From Desulfotignum sp. (lineage in GTDB: Bacteria; Desulfobacterota; Desulfobacteria; Desulfobacterales; Desulfobacteraceae): a stretch of 64,000 bases of DNA. The translations under genes and the position numbers were made by a program. The stretch is from the NCBI GenBank assembly GCA_034522435.1, contig JAXHLJ010000016.1, positions 72,893 to 136,892 of the forward strand, in the 5' to 3' direction. This document shows, piece by piece, positions 47,016-56,859 of this stretch (position 1 is the first letter of the stretch; every line of letters begins with the position of its first letter). The notes beneath the pieces were generated by a model, which made no database searches, had not been told where the DNA came from, and saw only the letters and a list, made by a program, of their open reading frames with translations.

Positions 47016-48254
47016 ATGAAGAGAAGGCCAATGTTTTTGAAAAACAAACCCATGTGGGGCAAAAAAACCAAACTGAAATCAAGTTATGATGTGGTTCTCA
47101 TCGGGGGCGGACTTCACAGTCTGGCCACTGCGTACTACCTGGCCAAAGAGCATGGCATCACCGATATAGCGATCATTGAAAAGAACTATATCGGATACGG
47201 CGGTGCCGGCAGGAACACGGCCATTGTGCGCGCCAACCAGCGGACCCAGCACAATGTGCCGCTTTACAAGGAAGCCCTGGACCTGTGGCCGGTTCTCACC
47301 AAGGAACTGGATTACAACCTGATGTTCAACAACTGCGGGAACCTCAACCTCATGCATTCCGAGGCCGCCATGAACGCAGCCCGCATGAACATTGCCACGG
47401 CCCAGTTCCACGGGGTGGAATCCCATCTCATCGATGCCAGGGAAGCCAAAGAGCTGGTGCCGGCATTGAACATTTCCGAAGACATCACCTTTCCCATCCA
47501 CGGGGCCATGTATCATCCGCCAGGCGGCGTGGTGCGGCATGACGCAGTGGTCTGGGGTCTGGCCAAAGGGGTGGCCAAAATGGGCGTGGAGATTCACCAG
47601 CAGACCGAAGCCACGGACATCACCACCAAAAACGGCAAAGTCACTTCCGTGGTCACCAACAGGGGCGTCATCAACACCAAACAGGTGATGATTTCCGCCG
47701 GCGGGTATTCCGCGGCCCTGATCCATGGATTTCTGGGCATCAAGCTGCCCATCTCCGTGTTGACCATCCAGGCCATGGTGACCCAGCCCCTCAAACCCAT
47801 TCTGGATCATGTGGTGTCTTCGGGTGCCTACCACTGCTATGCCAACCAGACCCTGAAAGGCGAGATCGCCACGGGCGCCCATATGGATCCCTGGCCCAAC
47901 TACACCACCCTGAACACGGCCCACTACATCAAACACCAGGCCGAGGCCCTGTCCGAATTTCTGCCGGCCCTGCGCGGTGTCCGGTTCATGAGAATCTGGG
48001 GCGGTCTGGCGGACATGACCCCGGACATGGCCCCCATCATGGACGGCAACGAACAGGTGGAAGGCTTTTTCATGGACTGCGGCTGGGGATATTTCGGGTT
48101 CAAGTCCTGTTCCGCCGTGGGACGGCACATGGCCAGCTTCATGGCCACCAATACCTGTCCCGACATACTCAAACCCTTTGCCCTCAAACGGTTTCAGGAG
48201 CACAAGCTCATGGGTGAGACCGCCGCGCTGATGAGCTACAGCCCGGACAATTAA
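47016..48254 (+). CDS. soxB: Sarcosine oxidase beta-subunit-like FAD flavoprotein
   Basis: 412 aa. FAD fold YDVVLIGGGLHSLATAYYLA and GAGRNTAIVRAN. Gene order B-D-A-G. Confidence 0.85.
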   Translation: MKRRPMFLKNKPMWGKKTKLKSSYDVVLIGGGLHSLATAYYLAKEHGITDIAIIEKNYIGYGGAGRNTAIVRANQRTQHNVPLYKEALDLWPVLTKELDYNLMFNNCGNLNLMHSEAAMNAARMNIATAQFHGVESHLIDAREAKELVPALNISEDITFPIHGAMYHPPGGVVRHDAVVWGLAKGVAKMGVEIHQQTEATDITTKNGKVTSVVTNRGVINTKQVMISAGGYSAALIHGFLGIKLPISVLTIQAMVTQPLKPILDHVVSSGAYHCYANQTLKGEIATGAHMDPWPNYTTLNTAHYIKHQAEALSEFLPALRGVRFMRIWGGLADMTPDMAPIMDGNEQVEGFFMDCGWGYFGFKSCSAVGRHMASFMATNTCPDILKPFALKRFQEHKLMGETAALMSYSPDN

Positions 48255-48297
48255 ACCAGCTGAACAAAATATTGACGAGATTCAAGGAGAAGATAAG

Positions 48298-48558
48298 ATG
48301 GCGTTGACAATTACATGTCCGATATGCGGTAAAAGAAACGGATATGAGTTCCGCTACGGCGGAGAGGAAAAAGGTCCCAGACCTGATGAAAAAGACCTGA
48401 CCCCTGAAAGCTGGTGCGATTATGTCCACATGAACAAGTGCGTGGCAGGCGTGCAGCAGGAATGGTGGTTTCACCGGGATGGATGCGGTTCATGGTTTAC
48501 CATCTTCCGGGATACGACGACAAACCTTGAAAAGGAAACACCGGAGGCACAAGAATGA
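48298..48558 (+). CDS. soxD: Sarcosine oxidase delta-subunit-like zinc protein
   Basis: 86 aa. CPICGKRNGYEF...WWFHRDGCGSWF. Confidence 0.85.
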   Translation: MALTITCPICGKRNGYEFRYGGEEKGPRPDEKDLTPESWCDYVHMNKCVAGVQQEWWFHRDGCGSWFTIFRDTTTNLEKETPEAQE

Positions 48559-51477
48559 TGTCCAGATTCAATCATCTGCCCACATTGAAAATTGATACCA
48601 GCGACAGGATCCCCTTTACCTATAAAGGAAAGCAGCATTACGGCACCAAAGGGGATACCATTGCCACGGCCCTGTATGCCAATGGGGTCAGAATTTATGC
48701 CAGAAGTTTGAAATACCACCGCCCCAGAGGGCTGTACAGCATGGACGGAGAATGCTCCAACACCATGATGGAAGTCAACGGGACCCCCAATGTGCGCACG
48801 GAAACCACCCTGCTCAAGCCGGGTATGGTGATCAAAGAGCAGAACGTCAAAGGCTCTGCCAAAAACGACATGCTGGGATTCATGGACAAGATGGACTGGG
48901 CCATGCCGGCAGGGTTCTATTATGACACCATGCACAAGCCCGCCGGAATCTGGCCCGTGGCCATGAAGCAGATCCGCAAGGCCGCCGGTATCGGCAAGCT
49001 GTCCCCGGATCACCACATGCCCGGCAAATATGATGAAATCTATCCCTCCTGCGATGTGTGTGTGATCGGCGGCGGGCCCGCCGGCATGAAAGCGGCCCTG
49101 GCAGCCGCTGAAAAAGGGCTTCGGGTAATCCTCATGGAAAACCGGCCCTGGCTGGGGGGGCATTTTGACTACCGCACCACGGAATATGTCGACCGCCAGA
49201 CCCATCACGACCGGGCCGTACAACTGGCAAAAGAAGTGGAAAATACCGACAATATCCGGGTGTTCACCCATACAGCCAATGTGGGGGCATACAACAACAA
49301 CCTGATCACCGGGTTCCAGATCGGCACGGAAAAGGACAGTTTCACGGAACGGTACATCGAACTCCGGGCCAACAGCGTGGTGGTGGCCACGGGGTGCATC
49401 GAACGGCCGCTGCTGTTTGAAAACAATGAACGTCCTGGGCGTCATGCAGGCCGGCTGCGCCCTGCGCCTGGCCAATACCTATGGACTGCTGCCCGGCAAG
49501 ATCGGCGTGTTTTCCATCGGCCATGACCTGGGGCTGGAAGCGGCGGTTGCGCTTCATGATCTGGGCATGACCATTCCGATGATCGCAGATATCCGGCAGG
49601 ACGGACAGGATCCGGCCCTGGCCAAGGCTGTGGCGGATCGGAAAATTCCCCTTCAAAGGGGATGGGTCGCCATTGAAGCCCACGGCAAAAAACAGGTGCA
49701 AAAAGTCACCTTGAAAAGTGTGGACGGCACCGTGGGAAAAACCGTTGACTGTGACGTGCTGGTGGCATCCGCCGGATTTACGCCGCTGACCGGACCGCTG
49801 GTGGTGAATCAGGCCAAACAGAAATATGACCCGCACACCAATTTTTTCCTGCCCACGGACCTGCCCGGAAAAATGCATGCCGCCGGCCGCCTGCTGGGAT
49901 TGGAAAACAGCGGTGCCATCGAAGCCTCCGGTCATCTGGCCGGGCTCCAGGCAGCCTATGATTGTGAGCGCTGTTCCATCGCCGACCTCGGGGAGGCCAG
50001 AAAAGCCATGGAATCCCTGCCGGGTCCGGCACGGGGCACCAAACTGGTCATGGCACCGGTCAAGGGCAGAAAAGCCTTTATCTGCTTTGATGAAGACACC
50101 AGCATTAAAAATATCAAGCAATCCATCGACAAGGGATTTGATGTGCCCGAGCTGATCAAGCGGTTTTCCGGTGCAGGGCTCGGACCCGGCCAGGCCGGTA
50201 TTCCCGGACACAACCTGCCGCTGTTCACCGCCAGATATCAGGCCCAGCCGGACATCAAGATCCGGCCCACCACGGTGCGGCCGCCCCTGGTGCCCACATT
50301 GATCGCCACCTATGCCGGTACCAACCACACCATGCTCAAACAAACGCCCATTGATGAGATGCAGCGCAAAGACGGCGGGATCTTCAGAAACATCGGCGTG
50401 TGGCAGCGGGCCAGATATTTTACCAACGACTTTACCTCCAAAAAAGAGATCGAAAATGTCCGGAACAACGTGGGCATGCTGGACGGCTCCACCCTGGGAA
50501 AATTCCGGATTCACGGACCTGACGCATTGAACGCCCTGCAGCGGGTCTATGTGTCGGATCTGTCCAAGATCAAGCAAGGCCGGGTCAAATACACGGCCAT
50601 GTGCAATGACGACGGATGTGTCATCGATGACGGCGTGGTGATCAAGCTGGGGGAAAACGATTACTATTTCTCCACCTCCACGGGCCGGGCCGGCCAGACC
50701 ATCGAATGGATCCGGTACCACACCCGGTATGACAACTGGGATTTTTGTCTGGTGAACCTTACCGATGCCATGGGCGTGATCAACCTGTCCGGCCCCAATG
50801 CCAGAAAGGTGCTGGAAAAGGTGGTGGACATCGATGTGTCCAATGAAGGGTTCGGGTTCAGTGAATACAAGGAGTTTCTGGTGGCCGATACCATCCCGGT
50901 CAAGGCCATGCGCCTGGGGTTTGTGGGGGAATTGTCCTATGAGCTGCATGTTTCCGCCTCCTACATGAAAGCCCTGTGGCTGATGCTCTGGGAAGCGGGC
51001 AAAGAGTTCAAGATCCAGAATTTCGGCGTGGAAGCCCAGAACGTGTTGCGTATGGAAAAATGCCATGTTATTTTGGGCCAGGAATCGGAACAGCGCACCA
51101 ACCTGCTGGATATCGGCCTGGGATTTCTCTGGGCACGCAAGAAAACCGGTTACAAGACCGTGGGTGTGGCCGCCCTGGCCCAGGCGAAACAGGACAACAC
51201 CCGCCTGAAACTGGTGGGGTTCAAGATGGAAAACAATGGCCGGGCCCCCAGAGACGGCGCGTTGATCGTGGACGACCGGATCCGGGGCCATGTGTGCACC
51301 GCCAGAAACAGTTTTGCACTCAATGAAGCCGTGGGTATGGCCCTGGTGGAAGGCGACATGAGCCAGGTCGGCACCCGGCTGGCATTTTACGAGGATGAAT
51401 GCAACGGCGAGCTGATTTACGGCACGGTGGTGGAAACCCCGTTCTATGATCCGTCCGGACAACGCATGAAAATGTAA
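48555..51477 (+). pseudogene. soxA: Sarcosine oxidase alpha-subunit-like protein (NAD/FAD N-terminal part plus a GcvT-like folate-binding C-terminal part) with a +1 frameshift
   Basis: ORF 48555-49526 reads ...ATGCIERPLLFENNERPG, and ORF 49417-51477 continues VMQAGCALRLANTYGLLPGK.... The extra G lies in cctGGGcgtc (49437-49439). The total length of 2923 nt equals 974 codons plus 1 nt. Confidence 0.8.
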
Positions 51478-51490
51478 GGATACCATATAC

Positions 51491-52123
51491 ATGAAAGACA
51501 TTAAAAGATACTCCCCCGTTGAGTTCAAGGTAACACCGCTCAAAATCGAAAACCGGGACCACTGGGATGTGGTCCTGGAATACCACAAAGAAGGGGACGG
51601 CCCCTGGCTGGTGGATCTGTGTCACCGGCCCCGGCTGGACCTGCAGACCGGTCACCTGGATACGAAAAAACCCTTCGGGATCACCATCCCCGCCACCCCC
51701 GGACAGTCCGTGCTGGAAAAAGGGTTTCTGATCAACCGCATGAACCGGATCCAGAGTTCCATTTATCATCTGGGTGGCGATGCCATCGAGATACCCCAAG
51801 AGACCGAATATACGGACGTAACGGAAGCCACCGTGTTTCTGGCCATCATCGGTGCGCCCGTGTTTGCCATCTGTGAAAAACTCTCCTCCCTGGATTTCGG
51901 GGACAACACCCGGAAAACCCCGTTTCTGCTCCAGGGACCGTTTTCCCATGTTCCTTGCCAGATCGTGACACTGAGCCGGGAAGGAGAAAAATCCGGGGTG
52001 GTGCTCACCTGTTCCCGGGGCTATGCCAAAGACATGGTGGATGCCATTGTTCACGCGGGCGAGGAGTTCGGCCTCAAACCGGCCGGTGAAAAACGGTTCA
52101 CTGACTGGATCGACAGCTTGTAA
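51491..52123 (+). CDS. soxG: Sarcosine oxidase gamma-subunit family protein
   Basis: 210 aa. The call rests on position after soxA and a small GcvT-like fold pattern. Confidence 0.65.
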   Translation: MKDIKRYSPVEFKVTPLKIENRDHWDVVLEYHKEGDGPWLVDLCHRPRLDLQTGHLDTKKPFGITIPATPGQSVLEKGFLINRMNRIQSSIYHLGGDAIEIPQETEYTDVTEATVFLAIIGAPVFAICEKLSSLDFGDNTRKTPFLLQGPFSHVPCQIVTLSREGEKSGVVLTCSRGYAKDMVDAIVHAGEEFGLKPAGEKRFTDWIDSL

Positions 52124-52128
52124 TCAAA

Positions 52129-52151
52129 CAGCCCGGGCGGTTCCCGGGCTG
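52129..52151 (+). other. Perfect 9-bp stem-loop CAGCCCGGG-cggtt-CCCGGGCTG after soxG, with no T tract
   Basis: Read directly from the sequence. Confidence 0.6.
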
Positions 52152-52203
52152 TAACGAAACATAAACAGGGTCTGACAAGACCGTATTATTCAAGGAGAAA
52201 AAC

Positions 52204-53541
52204 ATGACCAAAAAATATGATGCCATCATTATCGGTGCCGGTGTGATCGGTTCCCCCATTGCCTATGAACTGTGCAAAATGGGTTACAAAACCCTGAACG
52301 TGGACAAGCTGCCGGATGCCGGTGAAGGTTCCACTGCCGGTTCCTGCGCCATTGTGCGGGCCCATTACTCCACCGAAGACGGGGTGGCCCTGGCGTATGA
52401 AGGGTTCAAATACTGGTTGGACTGGGAAAACTACCTGGACAACGTCACAGATGAAAAAGGCATGGCCAAATACATGAACACCGGGTCCATCCTGATCAAA
52501 TCCGACGGCCATGACTGGCGGAAAGTGAAAAAACACTATGATGCCGTAGGTGTTCAATACGAAGAATGGGACCTGGATACCATCAAAAAACATGTCCCCC
52601 CCATTGACCTGCACAAATACTGGCCGGTTCGCCGGCCCGAAGACCCCTCATTCTTTGACGAGCCCACCGAAATGCTGGAAGGCGCCATTTTCTGCCCGGA
52701 AGGCGGGTATGTAAACGACCCGGCCCTGTCCGCCCACAACATCATGCGGGCCGCCGAAGCCAAAGGCGGGGAGTTCATGTTCAACGCGGAAGTGGTGGAT
52801 ATCAGAAGCGAGAACGGCCGGGTCAAGGGTATCACCCTCAAAGACGGTACCCAGATCGATGCGGACATCGTGGTGAACGTGGGCGGCCCCCATTCCTTCA
52901 AGATCAACCAGATGGCCGAAGGCGTGTGGGAAGGCTGTAACATCAAGACAAAAGCCCTGCGCCACGAAGTGATGTACTGCCCGTCTCCGGAGGGATATGA
53001 CTATCTCAATGACGGATACCACATGTCTGACGGCGATATCGGATGCTACGAAAGACCGGAAGTGGGCAACATGTTCCTCATCGGGTCCGAGGACCCGGAC
53101 TGCGACCCCCAGGAATGGGTAGATCCGGATGAATTCTATGCCGGCAAAGGCGGGCCCGGCCGGGACAACGTGCTGACCGATGCCCAGTGGAAAGCCCAGT
53201 GTTACCGTCTTGGCAAACGCATCCCCTCCCTCAAGGTGCCCAACCAGCCCAAAGGGGTGGTGGACCTGTATGACTGCTCGGATGACTGGATCCCCATCTA
53301 TGACAAATCCGATCTGCCCGGTTACTACATGGCCATCGGCACCTCGGGCAATCAGTACAAGAACGCCCCGGTGGTGGGCCGCATGATGGCCGAACTCATC
53401 GATGCCTGTGAAAAAGGCCTGGACCATGACAAGAAACCGTTCAAGTATGAGTTCAAATACACCACCCGCACCCTGAACGTGGGCTTTTTCTCCAGGAAAC
53501 GGGAAATCAACTATGATTCCAGTTTCTCTGTAAACGGATAG
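52204..53541 (+). CDS. FAD-dependent oxidoreductase (DAO family)
   Basis: 445 aa. YDAIIIGAGVIGSPIAYEL dinucleotide fold. Confidence 0.8.
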   Translation: MTKKYDAIIIGAGVIGSPIAYELCKMGYKTLNVDKLPDAGEGSTAGSCAIVRAHYSTEDGVALAYEGFKYWLDWENYLDNVTDEKGMAKYMNTGSILIKSDGHDWRKVKKHYDAVGVQYEEWDLDTIKKHVPPIDLHKYWPVRRPEDPSFFDEPTEMLEGAIFCPEGGYVNDPALSAHNIMRAAEAKGGEFMFNAEVVDIRSENGRVKGITLKDGTQIDADIVVNVGGPHSFKINQMAEGVWEGCNIKTKALRHEVMYCPSPEGYDYLNDGYHMSDGDIGCYERPEVGNMFLIGSEDPDCDPQEWVDPDEFYAGKGGPGRDNVLTDAQWKAQCYRLGKRIPSLKVPNQPKGVVDLYDCSDDWIPIYDKSDLPGYYMAIGTSGNQYKNAPVVGRMMAELIDACEKGLDHDKKPFKYEFKYTTRTLNVGFFSRKREINYDSSFSVNG

Positions 53542-53595
53542 CGACAATGTAACCGCTGTTCGGCTGTCAAGCTGCATGGCATGCTTTTATCCAGG

Positions 53596-53630
53596 GGCAG
53601 GGCCGGGGAATACCCTGGCACTGCCTTTTT
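53596..53630 (+). terminator. Rho-independent terminator candidate between the DAO gene and etfB
   Basis: 13-bp stem GGCAGGGCCGGGG-aata-CCCTGGCACTGCC with one mismatch and one G-U pair, followed by TTTTT. Confidence 0.6.
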
Positions 53631-53648
53631 CATTGAGGTGCAAGACTT

Positions 53649-54419
53649 ATGCAAATTTATGTATGCGTGAAACACGTACCGGATTCCGCTGCCAACATTC
53701 ATATGATAGACAATCGTAACATCGATGACAGTGTGCCGTTTCTGATGAACCCGTATGATGAACATGCCGTGACGGAAGCAGCGGCCCTGAAAAAACAGAT
53801 TCCCGACAGTGAGATCATTGCCATGTGCCTGGGAAAAAAAGACGCGGAAAGCACGTTACGTTCCGCTTTGGCCATGGGGGCGGACAGAGGCGTGCTGGTG
53901 GAAACCGATGACATGTGCGACAGCATGACCACGGCCCGGGCCCTGCACGCCGCCATCATCCGGGACGGCGGGGCGGACATCATTCTCACGGGAAAGGAAT
54001 CCATTGACAGTGAAGGCATGCAGACCCAGTTTCGCGTCGGCGCCCTGTTTGATTTTCCCGTGGTCACCAATGCCGCCTCCCTTGAAATAACAAATGATAA
54101 AGCCAGGGTGAGCTGTGAACTGGCCGGGGGACGAATCCGGACATATGAACTGACCCTTCCCTGTGTGATAGGGGCAGGCCGTGGGTTGAATACACCCATT
54201 TATCCGACGTTTCCGGATGTGGTCAAATCCCGTAAAAAATCGATTGAAACCGTTGCGCGTTCACAACTGGATGTGTCTGATGCGCCGGGATCCGCTAAAA
54301 TTATCTCTATGACGCCTTTGGTGCAGAAGCGCAATCCCCGGAAAATTAACGGAACGCCGACGGAACAGGCAGCTGAAATCATCCGGATTTTAAGACAGGA
54401 AGCAAAGGTGTTATCATGA
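53649..54419 (+). CDS. etfB: Electron transfer flavoprotein beta subunit
   Basis: 256 aa. N-terminal MQIYVCVKHVPD and GKESIDSEGMQT. Confidence 0.9.
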   Translation: MQIYVCVKHVPDSAANIHMIDNRNIDDSVPFLMNPYDEHAVTEAAALKKQIPDSEIIAMCLGKKDAESTLRSALAMGADRGVLVETDDMCDSMTTARALHAAIIRDGGADIILTGKESIDSEGMQTQFRVGALFDFPVVTNAASLEITNDKARVSCELAGGRIRTYELTLPCVIGAGRGLNTPIYPTFPDVVKSRKKSIETVARSQLDVSDAPGSAKIISMTPLVQKRNPRKINGTPTEQAAEIIRILRQEAKVLS

Positions 54420-55363
54420 AACAGGCAGGCATCGTCATTGAAATGGAAAACTGCCGGGTCAAGGAAACCAGTCTCGGCATGGTCACCCTGGCGGGCAGAA
54501 CCGCTGATTCTCTGACAGCACTGGTGATGAGCGGCATCAGCGATGACATCACGGATCATCTGTCTGCGCATGGGGTTCATACCATTGTGGATCTATCCCT
54601 GCCCGATGCCCCGGAAATCCGGCAAAATCCTGCAGTTCAGGCAACTGCGGTGGTTCATGCGGCCCGAAAATTGAAACTGGACCGGATTCTGGGATTGTCT
54701 TCTCCGGAAGGAAAAGATCTGCTGCCCCGGGTGGCAGCCCTGCTGGATGCTCCGCTGATCATGGACTGCGTGGATGCGGACCTGAACACGGGCACGGCCA
54801 CCACCTCCCAGTATTCCGGTAAGATGATGGCTAAGATTCAGCTGACCGGTGAGATTCTGATGTTCGGGATCCGGCCCAATGCGGTTCTGCCCGAATCCAA
54901 GCCTGTGCCGGCCAAAACCGTTGCCATGACCATGGATGCGGTGGTACCGGAAAACATTTCATTGCTGTCCTGGGATGAGGCAGACACAGAGGGCCGGCAA
55001 AGCCTGGCGGAAGCGGATATCATCATTGCCGGGGGCCGGGGCTTGAAAAACAAAAATAATTTCTCATTGATTTTCGACTGTGCCGAAAAATTGAATGCCG
55101 CGCCAGCTGCATCCAGGGTGGCTGTGGACGAAGGATGGGTTCCCTATGCATTTCAGGTGGGGCAGACCGGTGAAAAAGTCAGTCCCCAGGTGTATATCGC
55201 CTGCGGCATTTCCGGTTCCATCCAGCATTTCGCCGGGATGAAAACCGCCAAAATGATCATTGCTCTGAACAAGGATGAAAATACCGCCATGATGGCCAAC
55301 TGTGATTATCAGGTCTTGGGCGATCTGTTTGAAATTCTGCCGGAAATAATGAGGCAGTTATAA
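54416..55363 (+). CDS. etfA: Electron transfer flavoprotein alpha subunit
   Basis: 315 aa. C-terminal FAD-binding motif VGQTGEKVSPQVYIACGISGSIQHFAGM. Confidence 0.9.
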   Translation: MKQAGIVIEMENCRVKETSLGMVTLAGRTADSLTALVMSGISDDITDHLSAHGVHTIVDLSLPDAPEIRQNPAVQATAVVHAARKLKLDRILGLSSPEGKDLLPRVAALLDAPLIMDCVDADLNTGTATTSQYSGKMMAKIQLTGEILMFGIRPNAVLPESKPVPAKTVAMTMDAVVPENISLLSWDEADTEGRQSLAEADIIIAGGRGLKNKNNFSLIFDCAEKLNAAPAASRVAVDEGWVPYAFQVGQTGEKVSPQVYIACGISGSIQHFAGMKTAKMIIALNKDENTAMMANCDYQVLGDLFEILPEIMRQL

Positions 55364-55364
55364 G

Positions 55365-56831
55365 ATGAACCGGTTTACGCATCAGAATGCCCGGCAGTTC
55401 CTGTTCGGTCTGGACAATGCCAATTTCCTTGCCATTTTCGATGAATATTGCGATGGGGTGCTCATTACCAATGCGGAAGGTATTATTGTCTACTACAACA
55501 AAGCCATGTCCCGCATCGATGAACTGGAACCTGAAGATGTCATTTTGAATCAGGTGACGGATGTGTATGATCTGGACAATGAGACCAGCCTGATCATGCA
55601 GTGTCTGATCACCCGGCAGCCCATCATCGATCAGCCCAACTATTACCGGACCCGCATGGGCAAATTCGCCAACACCATCCATAATGTCCACCCCATCTTC
55701 AATAAAAACCAGCTGGTGGGGAGCATCTGTTTTGTCAGAGACTTTCATGTGCTTACCGAAACCGTGTCGATCATGCGCCTGCCCGAAACCCAGCACCGGA
55801 TGCAGCCGTATGAGATCACATTCGATTCCATCATCGGCCAGGACCCGGCTTTCAAGGATGCGCTGAACGCGGCCCGCATGGCAGCCAATACCCCGTCGCC
55901 GGTCATGCTGTACGGCGAAACCGGCACGGGCAAGGAGCTGTTTGCCCGGGCCATTCACAACCACAGCCCCAGGCATGAAAAAAAATATACACCGGTCAAT
56001 TGTGCGGCCATTCCTGAAAACCTGCTGGAAGGCATCTTGTTCGGCACCTCCAAAGGGGCGTTTACCGGCGCCATCAACAAGGCCGGCCTGTTTGAACGCA
56101 CCAGCCAGGGCACCATTTTTCTGGATGAGATCAATTCCATGCCCGTGGGGCTCCAGAGCAAGATTCTTCGTATCGTCCAGGAGGGAAAGGTACGGCGGGT
56201 GGGCGCACTCAAGGAGATCAAGTTCGATCTGAAAATTATCTCTTCGGTGAACCAGGATCCCCAGGCGTCCATTGCCGACGGCAGCCTCAGGTCGGATCTG
56301 TTCTACCGGCTGGGGGTGGTGTTCATCCATATCGTGCCGCTGCGGGAACGGATGTCCGACCTGCCGCTGCTGGTGGATCATTTCATCGGCAAGCACAACA
56401 AAACCCTGGGCCGGCAGGTGCAGGGGGTGGAAGACGGGGTTATGGAACTGTTCCACCAGTATCACTGGCCCGGCAATGTCCGGGAGCTGGAACATGTCAT
56501 TGAAGGGGCCATGAATATCATGGGGCCGGATAACCGGATCCGGATCAAATATCTTCAGCCCCACTTCACCCATGGGTACGGCAATCATCGTTCTGCCGGG
56601 CAGCGGCCATCCCGTTGGATGTCTCATCCCTCCAAAAGCGCGGCCCCCATGGAAACCGGTTCGTCAGACCTGCTGTTCGATAAAAACGAGCACGAGAAAA
56701 AAATGGTGTGGCAGGCATTGATGCAGTTCCGGGGCAATGTGACAAAATCTGCCAGAAAACTGGGTATTTCCAGGCAGTTGCTGTACTATAAAATGAAAAA
56801 ATATCACCTGTCCCGGGATCAGTTCAGATAG
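55365..56831 (+). CDS. Sigma-54-dependent transcriptional activator (PAS sensor, AAA+ domain, Fis-type HTH)
   Basis: 488 aa. Walker A GETGTGKELFARAIH, GAFTGA loop, FLDEI, NVRELEHVIE, and C-terminal HTH ARKLGISRQLLYYKMKKY. Confidence 0.9.
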   Translation: MNRFTHQNARQFLFGLDNANFLAIFDEYCDGVLITNAEGIIVYYNKAMSRIDELEPEDVILNQVTDVYDLDNETSLIMQCLITRQPIIDQPNYYRTRMGKFANTIHNVHPIFNKNQLVGSICFVRDFHVLTETVSIMRLPETQHRMQPYEITFDSIIGQDPAFKDALNAARMAANTPSPVMLYGETGTGKELFARAIHNHSPRHEKKYTPVNCAAIPENLLEGILFGTSKGAFTGAINKAGLFERTSQGTIFLDEINSMPVGLQSKILRIVQEGKVRRVGALKEIKFDLKIISSVNQDPQASIADGSLRSDLFYRLGVVFIHIVPLRERMSDLPLLVDHFIGKHNKTLGRQVQGVEDGVMELFHQYHWPGNVRELEHVIEGAMNIMGPDNRIRIKYLQPHFTHGYGNHRSAGQRPSRWMSHPSKSAAPMETGSSDLLFDKNEHEKKMVWQALMQFRGNVTKSARKLGISRQLLYYKMKKYHLSRDQFR

Positions 56832-56859
56832 CGACGCCAACCTCCGGTTTTGGACGGTG

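Noticed and set aside
53616-53631. TGGCAC-TGCCT-TTTTC, a sigma-54 promoter look-alike upstream of etfB.
   Set aside because: The -12 GC dinucleotide is missing, and the TGGCAC forms the descending arm of a 13-bp terminator-like hairpin followed by T5. I called the feature a terminator instead.
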